Origin: Myxococcota bacterium
GTDB lineage: Bacteria > Myxococcota_A > Polyangia > Polyangiales > Houyiibacteriaceae
NCBI GenBank assembly: GCA_039030515.1
Contig: JBCCEA010000010.1
Span: 66,374 to 130,373 of the forward strand
DNA: 64,000 bases
Direction: 5' to 3'
Under the pieces are notes generated by a model. That model had not been told where the DNA came from and made no database searches. It worked only from the letters and a program-made list of their open reading frames with translations. The position numbers were made by a program, and so were the translations under genes. Below, one piece after another: positions 1 through 9,536 of the stretch; positions within the stretch are counted from its first letter, which is position 1, and every line of letters starts with the position of its first letter.

Positions 1-767
<767 letters not shown>

Positions 768-858
768 TGGTATTTGATGGTCTTTTTGTGGAAAAGCGTG
801 CATCGAGCTCCATGAGTTTGGCGCAGGCGCTCTGCAGAATGCGCCTTGTGTCTTGTTT

Positions 859-888
859 GTGACGGTAAGGGGTCTTTCTGTTTACAAT
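859..888 (+). promoter_or_regulatory. Putative sigma70-type promoter GTGACG-N18-TACAAT
   Basis: Near-consensus -10 and 4/6 -35 in the divergent intergenic region, facing the 1192 gene. Confidence 0.35.
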
Positions 889-1191
889 ACGATGAGGCAT
901 CCGAGCCAGTATGTCCACGGATTGAACCACTGGGTGCCTTCGTTTTCTTGGTTCGCTCCGTTGTTCGATGGAGACGCTGGATTTTACGTCTGGTCGGGGC
1001 TCGGGTGGTTCGCCGCAAAGGAATCTGTTCGCGTATTCCCTTGGATTCGCGTTTTCTCTGGATTTGCGCCAGTATCAGGCTCTTTTTGGCGGCGGCGTTT
1101 GATTCCTGGCTGTGGGTCGGTCAAAGGGATGCGCCGAGTCATCAGCTGCGAACGAATCCAGCGGCGCAAAAGGGATGAATAGGGTTCACGC

Positions 1192-2442
1192 ATGACATCA
1201 CCAATCGGATTGGGTCCAGAGCTCGAGTCAAGAAAAAACAAAGTAACCTCATGGTTTCCTCGCGCGGAGCGCTTTTGGCAGCAGTTTGGCACTCCCGGCG
1301 TCGCAGCCGCAGCCACCAAGCGCTGGTTTGCGCTCGACCTGCTCAAATTTTTGGCCGTGGTGCTGATGGTGCAGGGTCATCTGTTCACTGTGGTTCTGGA
1401 CGACGCTGTTCGAGCGGAGGGTTGGTACACCTACCATAGATACGTACACGGATTTACGGCACCTATTTTTTTCTTTACTGCTGGGATTGCCTTTGGATTT
1501 ACCACCCTTCGTCGCTTGGAGAAACACGCTGTTTGGAACCGAGTCGTCGCGCAACGAGTCCGCAAGTACTTCGTGGTTATCGGGATTGGCTATTTGCTTC
1601 AGTTGCCGCAGATGAGTCTGTGGTTTGCGTTCTATCCGAGGAGTTTGGATGAATTTCAGGAGATTACGAGATCGAACGCTTTGCAGTGTATCGGAGTGAC
1701 TCTGATCTTGCTTCAGCTGGCGATTCCTTTGGCACGCACCCGAAAAAGGTTTGTGTCATTGACCTGGGGGGCTTTGCTGTTGCTCTCCATCGCGGCTCCG
1801 ATGGTTTGGCGTTTTCCCGCGGATGTGTTTTTTGCTGCACCCATCGCGGCATACATCAACGATTCTACGGGCTCCATTTTTCCCCTGTTTCCCTGGGCGG
1901 GATTCATCGCCGCAGGAGTGCTTGCGGCAGACTGGGTTACGCGGGATGTCGACCTACCAAAGAATGTTGGCGTCCGATTTGCGGTAGTGGGTCTCGGGAT
2001 ACTTTCTTTATCTTGGTTTCTAAGCGACGCCGGATTCAATCCGTTTGGTGAACACAACTTCTGGAAAACCAGCCCATTTTTTTTCGGTACGCGTATAGGC
2101 GGAGTTCTGTTGGTGTTTTCGGCGATGTGCTTCTTGGAGCCGCTCGGACGTACAGCTGGGCCGGCCATTCGCGGTATGCAAATAGTGGGACAGGAAACGC
2201 TGGTTATCTACGCGGCGCATCTCGCCATTCTTTATGGATCCCCACTATGGCTTGGTTTGAAAAGTGTCCATTCCCACGATACCGGCTTATGGAACGCGTC
2301 GCTGTATGCGTCTCTCTTGCTCGGATCGATGACGGCACTTGCCATCGTTTGGCATCGTCTAAAAGTAAACCACCCGGTGAACTTTCGCTGGGTGATTCGA
2401 GGTCTTTGGGGCGGCGCATTGTACTTTCTGCTGCTGCACTAG
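1192..2442 (+). CDS. Multi-pass membrane acyltransferase (DUF1624 / heparan-alpha-glucosaminide N-acetyltransferase-like)
   Basis: Motifs RWFALDLLKFLAVVLMVQGH, APIFFFTAG, NALQCIG and FPLFPWAGF; many TM segments. Confidence 0.75.
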   Translation: MTSPIGLGPELESRKNKVTSWFPRAERFWQQFGTPGVAAAATKRWFALDLLKFLAVVLMVQGHLFTVVLDDAVRAEGWYTYHRYVHGFTAPIFFFTAGIAFGFTTLRRLEKHAVWNRVVAQRVRKYFVVIGIGYLLQLPQMSLWFAFYPRSLDEFQEITRSNALQCIGVTLILLQLAIPLARTRKRFVSLTWGALLLLSIAAPMVWRFPADVFFAAPIAAYINDSTGSIFPLFPWAGFIAAGVLAADWVTRDVDLPKNVGVRFAVVGLGILSLSWFLSDAGFNPFGEHNFWKTSPFFFGTRIGGVLLVFSAMCFLEPLGRTAGPAIRGMQIVGQETLVIYAAHLAILYGSPLWLGLKSVHSHDTGLWNASLYASLLLGSMTALAIVWHRLKVNHPVNFRWVIRGLWGGALYFLLLH

Positions 2443-2480
2443 TTACTCTCTGCTGCTGCACTAGTTACTTTTTGCCGCTG
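2422..2480 (+). repeat. 22-bp tandem repeat (2 near-perfect copies plus 1 degenerate) spanning the stop codon of the 1192 gene
   Basis: tactttctgctgctgcactagt / tactctctgctgctgcactagt / tactttttgccgctg. Confidence 0.9.
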
Positions 2481-2621
2481 AGCTGGGCCGAGCGAACACG
2501 GATCGATGACTGGCCCGTGGGTCACGTCTCGTGTTCTTCAGAGGGTGTGCGCTTGGGCTGTTGTGGACCTAGCCACTGAAATGACAGACGAGAAGTTCGC
2601 GCTATGCATGCAAATTGCGCC

Positions 2622-3614
2622 CTAGCGTCGAAGTCGGATTCTCGGGTCAAGACGCGCAACGGCGATATCTGCGATGAGATTGCCTGCTTGGACGGTGATC
2701 GACGTAATCAACACCACGGCGGTGACCATGTAGATATCAAGACTTGCGATCGCCTCTATGGCCAGGCTTCCCATGCCGGGCCACGCAAAGATATGCTCCG
2801 TAATGATGGCGCCGGTAACGAGAAAGGCCGTTTGAAGACCGAGTAGAGTGACGATGGGGAGTAGGGCGTTACGCATCGCGTGCGAGACAATGATCTGCAG
2901 TTCCCCAATTCCTTTCGCACGTGCGGTGCGCACGTAGTCTGCGTTTAGGGTTTCCACCATTTCGCTTCGCATGATTCGCGTGTAGGTGGCTGCGCCGACG
3001 ACTGCAAGAGCAAAAGCAGGCAATATCGCATGATGGAGGTGCTCTAGAGCCGTGTTTCCATAACCGCCTACCGGAAACCAACCCAGGTTCGCGCATAAAA
3101 TGAGCAGAAATAATGGGCCTGTGACGAAAGTCGGTAGGCTGATTCCCAGAAGCGCTGAGCCTATGATTCCAGTGTCGATCCAAGTGTTTCGACAAACTGC
3201 GGCAAGGGCTCCCGCAAATACTCCGATCACCAACTCAAACAACAAGGCAAGACTGCTGAGCAATAGTGTGCGAGGTAGGCGAAGCGCTATCACTGCGGCC
3301 ACGTCGTCCTGATGCGTGAGCGACTCTCCCAGATCACCTTGCAAGAGCCCGCAATAGCCACGTCCACCATCGTAATTCCTCGACCCAACACGCAGACAAG
3401 GCCTCGCTCCCAGGTAGGCGGCGAACTGCTCTGCGATAGGCCTATCGAGTCCATATCGAGCTTCAAACTCTTCTATTTTTGCAGGGGTTGCGTTGGGACC
3501 CAATTGGACTGCGGCCGGCTGTCCGATTCCGAACATCAAAAAGAAGACGGCAGTGAGCACCATGAACACCACAAATATCGACCATAATGCACGCTGAATG
3601 ATAAAATTTATCAT
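2622..3614 (-). CDS. Peptide ABC transporter permease (OppB/DppB family)
   Basis: GLDRPIAEQF, LQGDLGESL, EAA loop DYVRTARAKG, ITEHIFAWPGMG, LDPRIR. Confidence 0.93.
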   Translation of the reverse strand: MINFIIQRALWSIFVVFMVLTAVFFLMFGIGQPAAVQLGPNATPAKIEEFEARYGLDRPIAEQFAAYLGARPCLRVGSRNYDGGRGYCGLLQGDLGESLTHQDDVAAVIALRLPRTLLLSSLALLFELVIGVFAGALAAVCRNTWIDTGIIGSALLGISLPTFVTGPLFLLILCANLGWFPVGGYGNTALEHLHHAILPAFALAVVGAATYTRIMRSEMVETLNADYVRTARAKGIGELQIIVSHAMRNALLPIVTLLGLQTAFLVTGAIITEHIFAWPGMGSLAIEAIASLDIYMVTAVVLITSITVQAGNLIADIAVARLDPRIRLRR

Positions 3615-3668
3615 GGGGTTTAGGAGTTCAGGGTTTTCAGCATGGGAGTCGGGCGCCCTAGGCTCGCG

Positions 3669-5447
3669 TCAACTGGCTCGATCCTTAGGAGCGTGCGTCT
3701 TTTGTTTCTGGGATTTCGTGGATGAATCGGTTGCAGATTTGAATGGGCGAAGGGGTAAATCGAGCCATACATCGCGATAGTTGGCCGACCAAACAGGGTG
3801 AGGTCGATAGTTGCGTACATAAGGTTGCCAGGCTTCCAAGCTTCGGTCGACGAATGTAAATGCCCAAGGAGCCTCTCGAGCAAGAATATTGGAGGCCTTT
3901 CGGTAGAGCTTTTCTCTGCGAGACGTGTCTCGCTCCGCTCGCGCCTCGTCCAAGAGCTGATCCACCGCCGCGTTGCTGTAGAAGGAGCGGTTGTTCGAGT
4001 TCGTTTCCGCTATCGAACCTGAATGCCAGAGAAAGAGAAAGTTGTCCGGATCTGGAAAATCCATGCTCCATCCACTGAACGCCATTTGCGCTGTTCCTCG
4101 AGTTCCAGTTTGTTGCAAGTAGAGTGAAAAAGACACGTGGCGCGCCTTCACTTCAAGACCGATCGCGGATAGGTCCTGTTTGAGAAGCGCTGAAAGCTGT
4201 CGGGCCCCGGGGCTTTCTCCCATCCACACCGTGATCGGCGCGATTCCTTCGGCTCGCCAGCCTTCAGCGGTCTGAACTACTGGATGGCCGGCGAGGCGCA
4301 TCTCTGTTCGCGCTTGCTCCAAATCAAATCTCTGAGCGTGCTCAAGATCCGGATCAAAGCCCATCAGCTGAGGCGGAATAGGCTGTCCGTGGGGACTGAT
4401 GCGTCCTCCGCGCGCACGTGACCAGGCCTCTCGATCGATCGCAAATGCGACCGCTCTTCGAATGTGCATGTTGTCGAACGGAGGCAGCTCCGTATTCATG
4501 GCGAATCCCCAGAGTGTGATCTTTGGGTATTCATGCATAAATGGATGCCAGCCGGAGAAATCTCCGCTCTTGAACAAATGATAGTGTGCGACAGAGAATC
4601 GATGCGCTGTGTCGAGATCTCCATTGAGGAAACGGGTTACCGCCAAGTTTCGACCTAGGTTCTCCAAGAATATCATCCGATCCACGTAGGGTTTCCCCTC
4701 GTTCCAGTACTCGGTATTCCTTTCGAAAATAAGGCGGACTCCTCGCTCCCAGTGCAGCAATCGGAAGGGGCCGGTGCCGATCGGTGTTTTGCGAGGGTCT
4801 CGTCCCTCGGCGTACATCTCCTGAGGTACCGGGTATGCAAACGGCATGGCCATCGCGTTCAGAAACGTCTGGTCCGGCTCCCGGAGGCGGAATCGGATCG
4901 TGTGTCGGTCCAAAACTTCGATTCCTTCGACATGTTCCGCATCTCCACTATGAAAGTCCTCCGCACCAACGATGGCCTTGTAGAAGGGAAATCCAGGAGA
5001 GTGTGTATTCCTGTGCAGCATATGCTCCATCGACCATCGGACCGAGTGGGCTGTCAGTTCCTCCTGGTTGTGGAAACGTATGCCTGGCCGCAACCGGAAC
5101 GTGAAGCACATGCCGTCTGCCGAAACATCGGGTAGCGCTGTGGCCAAGCTCGGCACTAGGCGAGCATCCCCATCGTAGTCGAGTAGTCCGTCAAAGATGA
5201 GTCGAATCGCCGTGCTCGAGAGTTCATCAAAGGACACGTGGGGGTCCAGCCCTCTTACGTTGGACTCGTGATGAAAAGTGAACGTGCCGCCATATTTCGG
5301 AGTGCTGTGGCCGCTGCCTTGATACCTCGGCGCATTCGGTATGAGAGAAATGTGGGCCAGCGCATAGAAGCAAGCGGTGACGATGCAGGCGATTATCGCG
5401 ATGGGGACCAGACTCGTTTTCGAGTGCTTGATCGAACTACGGCGCAT
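3669..5447 (-). CDS. Peptide ABC transporter substrate-binding protein (family 5, OppA/DppA-like)
   Basis: GLDPH, IFDGLLDYD, FTFRLRPGIRFH, PIGTGPF, IRRAVAFAIDRE, WSMDFPDPDNF. Confidence 0.93.
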   Translation of the reverse strand: MRRSSIKHSKTSLVPIAIIACIVTACFYALAHISLIPNAPRYQGSGHSTPKYGGTFTFHHESNVRGLDPHVSFDELSSTAIRLIFDGLLDYDGDARLVPSLATALPDVSADGMCFTFRLRPGIRFHNQEELTAHSVRWSMEHMLHRNTHSPGFPFYKAIVGAEDFHSGDAEHVEGIEVLDRHTIRFRLREPDQTFLNAMAMPFAYPVPQEMYAEGRDPRKTPIGTGPFRLLHWERGVRLIFERNTEYWNEGKPYVDRMIFLENLGRNLAVTRFLNGDLDTAHRFSVAHYHLFKSGDFSGWHPFMHEYPKITLWGFAMNTELPPFDNMHIRRAVAFAIDREAWSRARGGRISPHGQPIPPQLMGFDPDLEHAQRFDLEQARTEMRLAGHPVVQTAEGWRAEGIAPITVWMGESPGARQLSALLKQDLSAIGLEVKARHVSFSLYLQQTGTRGTAQMAFSGWSMDFPDPDNFLFLWHSGSIAETNSNNRSFYSNAAVDQLLDEARAERDTSRREKLYRKASNILAREAPWAFTFVDRSLEAWQPYVRNYRPHPVWSANYRDVWLDLPLRPFKSATDSSTKSQKQKTHAPKDRAS

Positions 5448-5524
5448 GTCTCACAGACTCTCTCGGCATCGAAACAAACGAGCGTACACAAGTCGATGCG
5501 TTGAAACGGTGGCTCCACGCTCGG

Positions 5525-6391
5525 CTAGAAATCTTTCGGGTCAAGTGCATCGCGCAGTCCTTCGCCCAAAAGGTTAAAGCCGAACACCGTGATGATGAGC
5601 AGGACGCTCGGATAGATCATCAAGCGTGGTGCGAATGTCATGATTTCCTGACCTTCCCTCAGCATCGTTCCCCAACTGGCTTCGGGCTCCTCGACACCAA
5701 GACCCAGATACGACATCGCGGACTCCGCCATGATCATATTGGCGATGAGCGTGGTGCTCAGGATCAGTGCCGGCGCGAGCACGTTCGGTAACACGTGTCG
5801 GACGAGGATTCTCGCCCGCGACATGCCGAGCGCCCGGGCCGCATGCACAAAATCAAGCTCCCGAATCTGCTGAGTTTTCGCCCGGGTTACTCGGGCCAAC
5901 GTAGTCCAGGAGAGTCCGCCGAGAAGTGAGGCGAGCGTCCACAGGCCTGGCTCTTCGATCACCGCGCGTATCGCGATAGCGATCAGGAGAAAAGGCATGG
6001 AGAGTAGGATGTCGATCAGACGCATGACGATAAGGTCGAACACGCCACCAAGATACCCGGAGGTGATTCCGATCAGGAGTCCAAGCGCCGTGGCGAGGCC
6101 CGTCGCGGAAACCGCGACGAGTAGAGAAGTCGCGCCTCCGTGAAGTAGTCGTGAGAGCTCGTCTCGCCCAAGAGGATCAGCGCCGAGTGGGTGCCCGTCG
6201 ACCGTTAGGGGCTCCGCCGGAGTGCCTCGCTCCGTAAGCAAACGTTCGCGCTGTTGTCGCGTGTGATCATGGGGCGCGACCATCGGGCCGAACAGTCCTA
6301 TGGCGGTCACGATCGACACCAAAACAGCTCCGAGCATCGCCGCCGGATTGTTTCGGAATCGCCGCCAGCTTCGCGGATCCATCATGTGCAT
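5525..6391 (-). CDS. Peptide ABC transporter permease (OppC/DppC family)
   Basis: HPLGADPLGRDELSRLLHG, DFVHAARALG, RHVLPN, SYLGLG, SWGTML, NLLGEGLRDALDP. Confidence 0.93.
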   Translation of the reverse strand: MHMMDPRSWRRFRNNPAAMLGAVLVSIVTAIGLFGPMVAPHDHTRQQRERLLTERGTPAEPLTVDGHPLGADPLGRDELSRLLHGGATSLLVAVSATGLATALGLLIGITSGYLGGVFDLIVMRLIDILLSMPFLLIAIAIRAVIEEPGLWTLASLLGGLSWTTLARVTRAKTQQIRELDFVHAARALGMSRARILVRHVLPNVLAPALILSTTLIANMIMAESAMSYLGLGVEEPEASWGTMLREGQEIMTFAPRLMIYPSVLLIITVFGFNLLGEGLRDALDPKDF

Positions 6392-6445
6392 AGGGAATCA
6401 ACTTGTATTCGGGTCGATGGTCGGGGTCGCTGACCTCACTCGAGT

Positions 6446-7342
6446 TCAGGCTGAGGGGCTCTCGCTCGTCGCATGATCGATATTCGCCGCTCGTTGTCCC
6501 TTAAGCTTCGGCGATGACTCCCCCATGTGATGTTTCTTGATCACGTTTGCGGTTTCCTGAGGTCGCTCCTCGTTTGGGGCATGGCCGCACCGATCCAGTA
6601 CGGTCAGCGTTGCGTTGGGGATTTCACGAGACAGCCTTTGGCCAAGCTCCAAGGGGAAAATACGGTCTTCTTCTCCCCAGATCACCGCTGTTTCTGCACG
6701 AACCATCGGGATAAGGGGAACCAGTGAATCCATGGATATCGTGGCCTTTAGGCAGCGATAGGCTGCCTCTCGGGAGAGAGGGGGGGTGAACTCCTCGTAG
6801 TATTCGTCCACGCTTCGCTCATCGATATTTGGATGGTCGCTCCAGACTTCGCGCTTAAAGTAGTCGCGGAAGATCGGACGACGGTAGAGGTGTTTGAACA
6901 AGAAGGGACCGATCACGGGCATCAGAGGTAAGCGCCCTTTTAGCGGGATTGAAAAGGGGTAGCATGCGCTGTCGATTAGGCTGAGCTTCCGAACCCGGCT
7001 GGGGTGCTGCGCTGCGTATTGAATCGCGATGCTACCGCCCATGGAGTGACCGCAGATATCGACCTGCTCAAGCTTGAGGTGGTTGAGGAGTAGGTGGAGC
7101 GTGTGGGCAAAACTCGCGCGGGTGTAATCGAAGCTGTCAAGGGGCTTGTCGCTTCTACCGAATCCCAGCAAATCAGGGGCGATACACCTGAAATGAGGCG
7201 AAAGTAGGGGAAGCACGCTCCCCCATTCCTTGTGATTCACCAAGAATCCGTGAACGAGCAGGAGGGGAGGGCCTTCACCGCACTCCGACCAGAACAAACG
7301 GTTGCCTCCCAGAACGGCCTCGTGATTTTGCTGCGTTTCCAC
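6446..7342 (-). CDS. Alpha/beta fold hydrolase
   Basis: LLVHGF, APDLLGFGRS, nucleophile GHSMGG, WGEED, CGHAPNEE. Confidence 0.92.
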   Translation of the reverse strand: METQQNHEAVLGGNRLFWSECGEGPPLLLVHGFLVNHKEWGSVLPLLSPHFRCIAPDLLGFGRSDKPLDSFDYTRASFAHTLHLLLNHLKLEQVDICGHSMGGSIAIQYAAQHPSRVRKLSLIDSACYPFSIPLKGRLPLMPVIGPFLFKHLYRRPIFRDYFKREVWSDHPNIDERSVDEYYEEFTPPLSREAAYRCLKATISMDSLVPLIPMVRAETAVIWGEEDRIFPLELGQRLSREIPNATLTVLDRCGHAPNEERPQETANVIKKHHMGESSPKLKGQRAANIDHATSESPSA

Positions 7343-7726
7343 AAGCGACGGTTACCCACTCCGAGGAACTTCGTCAATAGGCAGCGCGTTGATTCCAAAG
7401 GAATTTCGCTTGATAGCGCTACTCGCAAGGTGACTTCCGCCCACGCTTAGTCCTCCCGATTCTAGGCGCAAAGGCGCCTCCGGATTCGCCTTGGGTGGAA
7501 TGCGTCGCTCAAGGAGTCGCCCCAAGAGCCTTAGGAACGAGAACCCCTCGCAGCCGTCCGCTCGTAGCTGCCGCTCGGCAGCTTTGCGACATCCCGCGCC
7601 AAGATCGATGTGAACCATAGGCGATCGCTTTCGATGCTGAGATATGGATGTTTGAGCTGTTCTCGGCTTTTTTACCGGCGCAAATAGGTCTTTATCTCTG
7701 TAATTTTAGTATCTTGAAAAAAACTT

Positions 7727-7756
7727 TTGACCAAATTATTTTTAGTAGAATATATT
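7727..7756 (+). promoter_or_regulatory. Putative sigma70-type promoter TTGACC-N18-TATATT in an AT-rich island, overlapped by palindrome GAATATATTC
   Basis: Near-consensus elements 17 nt upstream of ATG 7774. Confidence 0.6.
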
Positions 7757-7773
7757 CAGATGCATCAACTGAA

Positions 7774-8343
7774 ATGACTCTATCCAAAAGAATTAGACGA
7801 CCATGTAAGGTCGAACCTCATAGACTACGTAACAACTGGTCTGAGGTCGAATTTGAAGAGTTAGAACTCAACTATCCAGATGGTCTTACGGTGCAGCAAA
7901 TTGTCGAACTCTTCAGCGCCAAGGGAGAGCGCTTTACCGAGGCGACATTCCGTAAATACGTCCAGTTAGGTCTTCTCCCACGTAGCGTGCGCGTTGGACG
8001 AAAGGGTAAGCATCGCGGATCGCAGGGTCTTTATCCAACTTCTGCAGTGCGTCAGCTGTATCTCATTCGACGTCTCATGCAGCAGGGATACACGATAGAT
8101 GAAATTCAAAGGGAATTCCTGTTCATGCGCGGAGATATCGAAGCGCTCGGTCGCCAGCTTATTCGAGTTTATGGAGCCATCGAGGCTGCGATCGCGGAGC
8201 GCGAGCTGCGATCGTCCGCAGATCCATCTCTGGCGCAAGCACTGGACGAGGCGCGAGGAGTGGGAGATCGACTCCTGGACACTCTACGCGGCGTCGAGAG
8301 GCGGCTCACTATGCAAGCACGGATGGAGCGCGCTGCGATCTAA
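7774..8343 (+). CDS. MerR-like helix-turn-helix transcriptional regulator
   Basis: TEATFRKYVQLGLLPRS...GLYP...LIRRLMQQGYTIDEI fits a MerR-type HTH, followed by a helical C-terminus. Start chosen as ATG 7774, downstream of the promoter (ORF track starts at 7648). Confidence 0.75.
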   Translation: MTLSKRIRRPCKVEPHRLRNNWSEVEFEELELNYPDGLTVQQIVELFSAKGERFTEATFRKYVQLGLLPRSVRVGRKGKHRGSQGLYPTSAVRQLYLIRRLMQQGYTIDEIQREFLFMRGDIEALGRQLIRVYGAIEAAIAERELRSSADPSLAQALDEARGVGDRLLDTLRGVERRLTMQARMERAAI

Positions 8344-8386
8344 GCACTTGTTTTAATGAATTTAAATTAGAAGAGGGAGGGGAGCT

Positions 8387-8905
8387 GTGCAGGAAGAGCG
8401 AGATGAGGACGAAATTGGGGTTCGAACGGATGGGTCTTTGGCCCTGGCCCTTGAACGGGAAGAAACCGAGATTCCTGACGATGAGGAACACCATTCCCGC
8501 CGCAATCGTACGCGAGCACGCACCATCTCTATCCGACGTCTGAGCAAGGCGGAGCTGAATCGTGGTCGGGTTCTGTATCCAGAGATGGACTACTGGAAAC
8601 CTCGGCGTCGAGAGGACTGCCTCAATATGGAGCGGCCTTGTCCCTACGTATCCTGTAAGTATCACCTGTACATCGATGTTCATCCGGTCAGAGGTTCGAT
8701 CAAGATCAACTTTCCTGATTTGGAAGTATGGGAAATGAATGAAACTTGCGCTCTCGACGTCGCCGATAGAGGTGGTATCACCCTTGAAGAAGTAGGCGAG
8801 ATTATGAATCTGACGCGCGAGCGAGTGCGCCAGGTGGAAACGGCGGGTCTGAGCAAGCTTAGCGGCATCGGAGACCTGTCGCGACTTCGCGACTATGTCG
8901 CCTGA
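8387..8905 (+). CDS. Cys-rich sigma70 region-4-type DNA-binding protein
   Basis: C-terminal [28 protein letters not shown] is a sigma70 region 4.2 HTH. Four Cys lie upstream. Strong RBS (GAGGGAGG). Confidence 0.85.
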   Translation: MQEERDEDEIGVRTDGSLALALEREETEIPDDEEHHSRRNRTRARTISIRRLSKAELNRGRVLYPEMDYWKPRRREDCLNMERPCPYVSCKYHLYIDVHPVRGSIKINFPDLEVWEMNETCALDVADRGGITLEEVGEIMNLTRERVRQVETAGLSKLSGIGDLSRLRDYVA

Positions 8906-9085
8906 GCAGGCCGTACGGGGTGCATGCCGGGCGAGCTTACCTGTTCATTGACGACGAATCCGGCTCCGTGCGAGGGGGCTCCGTGTAACGAGAGATTGGG
9001 CTATTGGGCTTTTCAGGACTTCACGGTCTTTCACGAGAAGACCCGTGACCGGCCTGCGGTTGGATTGGTCTCGGCCTTTACGTCT

Positions 9086-9403
9086 TCAGTCCTCGGAACG
9101 TTCGGTTCGGCGGCGTGATGGGATTCGGCTGCCGACGCGTTTGCCGAGTTTCGTGATTTCTTCGATCACGTGTCGAGCCATCGGTTCGGCGGTGGCTCCG
9201 ATTTTGCGAACCGCGCGCTCTGCTTCGGAGGTTGCGTTGCGGAGTGCTGGGTCCTTTGTGGCCCGGTCGAACGCCATGGACGCTGCACTCGCGAAATGAT
9301 TTAGGGCGCTCCTCAGTTCTTGGCCGGCGTCCTCCCAGTTCGGTTCGGGTGTCGCTTTATCGTGTGATTTCGTTGTGGTGTGCTCTTCTTCTGTTTCCGG
9401 CAT
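9086..9403 (-). CDS. Small helical hypothetical protein
   Basis: Amphipathic Ala/Glu/Arg-rich ORF, with ATG 9403 taken as the likely start. Confidence 0.55.
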   Translation of the reverse strand: MPETEEEHTTTKSHDKATPEPNWEDAGQELRSALNHFASAASMAFDRATKDPALRNATSEAERAVRKIGATAEPMARHVIEEITKLGKRVGSRIPSRRRTERSED

Positions 9404-9536
9404 AAGCCATCTTAGACATGCGATGCCGGAAAGCTTCAACAGAAATATTCGATCACTTCATGTCTGTTCGCGAGCTCCCTCGGGTATCTAAAGCGGTATT
9501 CGTCGTCCTCGTCGCCTGCGCAGGCCGAGCGCATCT

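Noticed and set aside
7648..7773. N-terminal extension of the MerR-like ORF given in the ORF track
   Set aside because: It covers the AT-rich promoter itself; ATG 7774 is the more plausible start.
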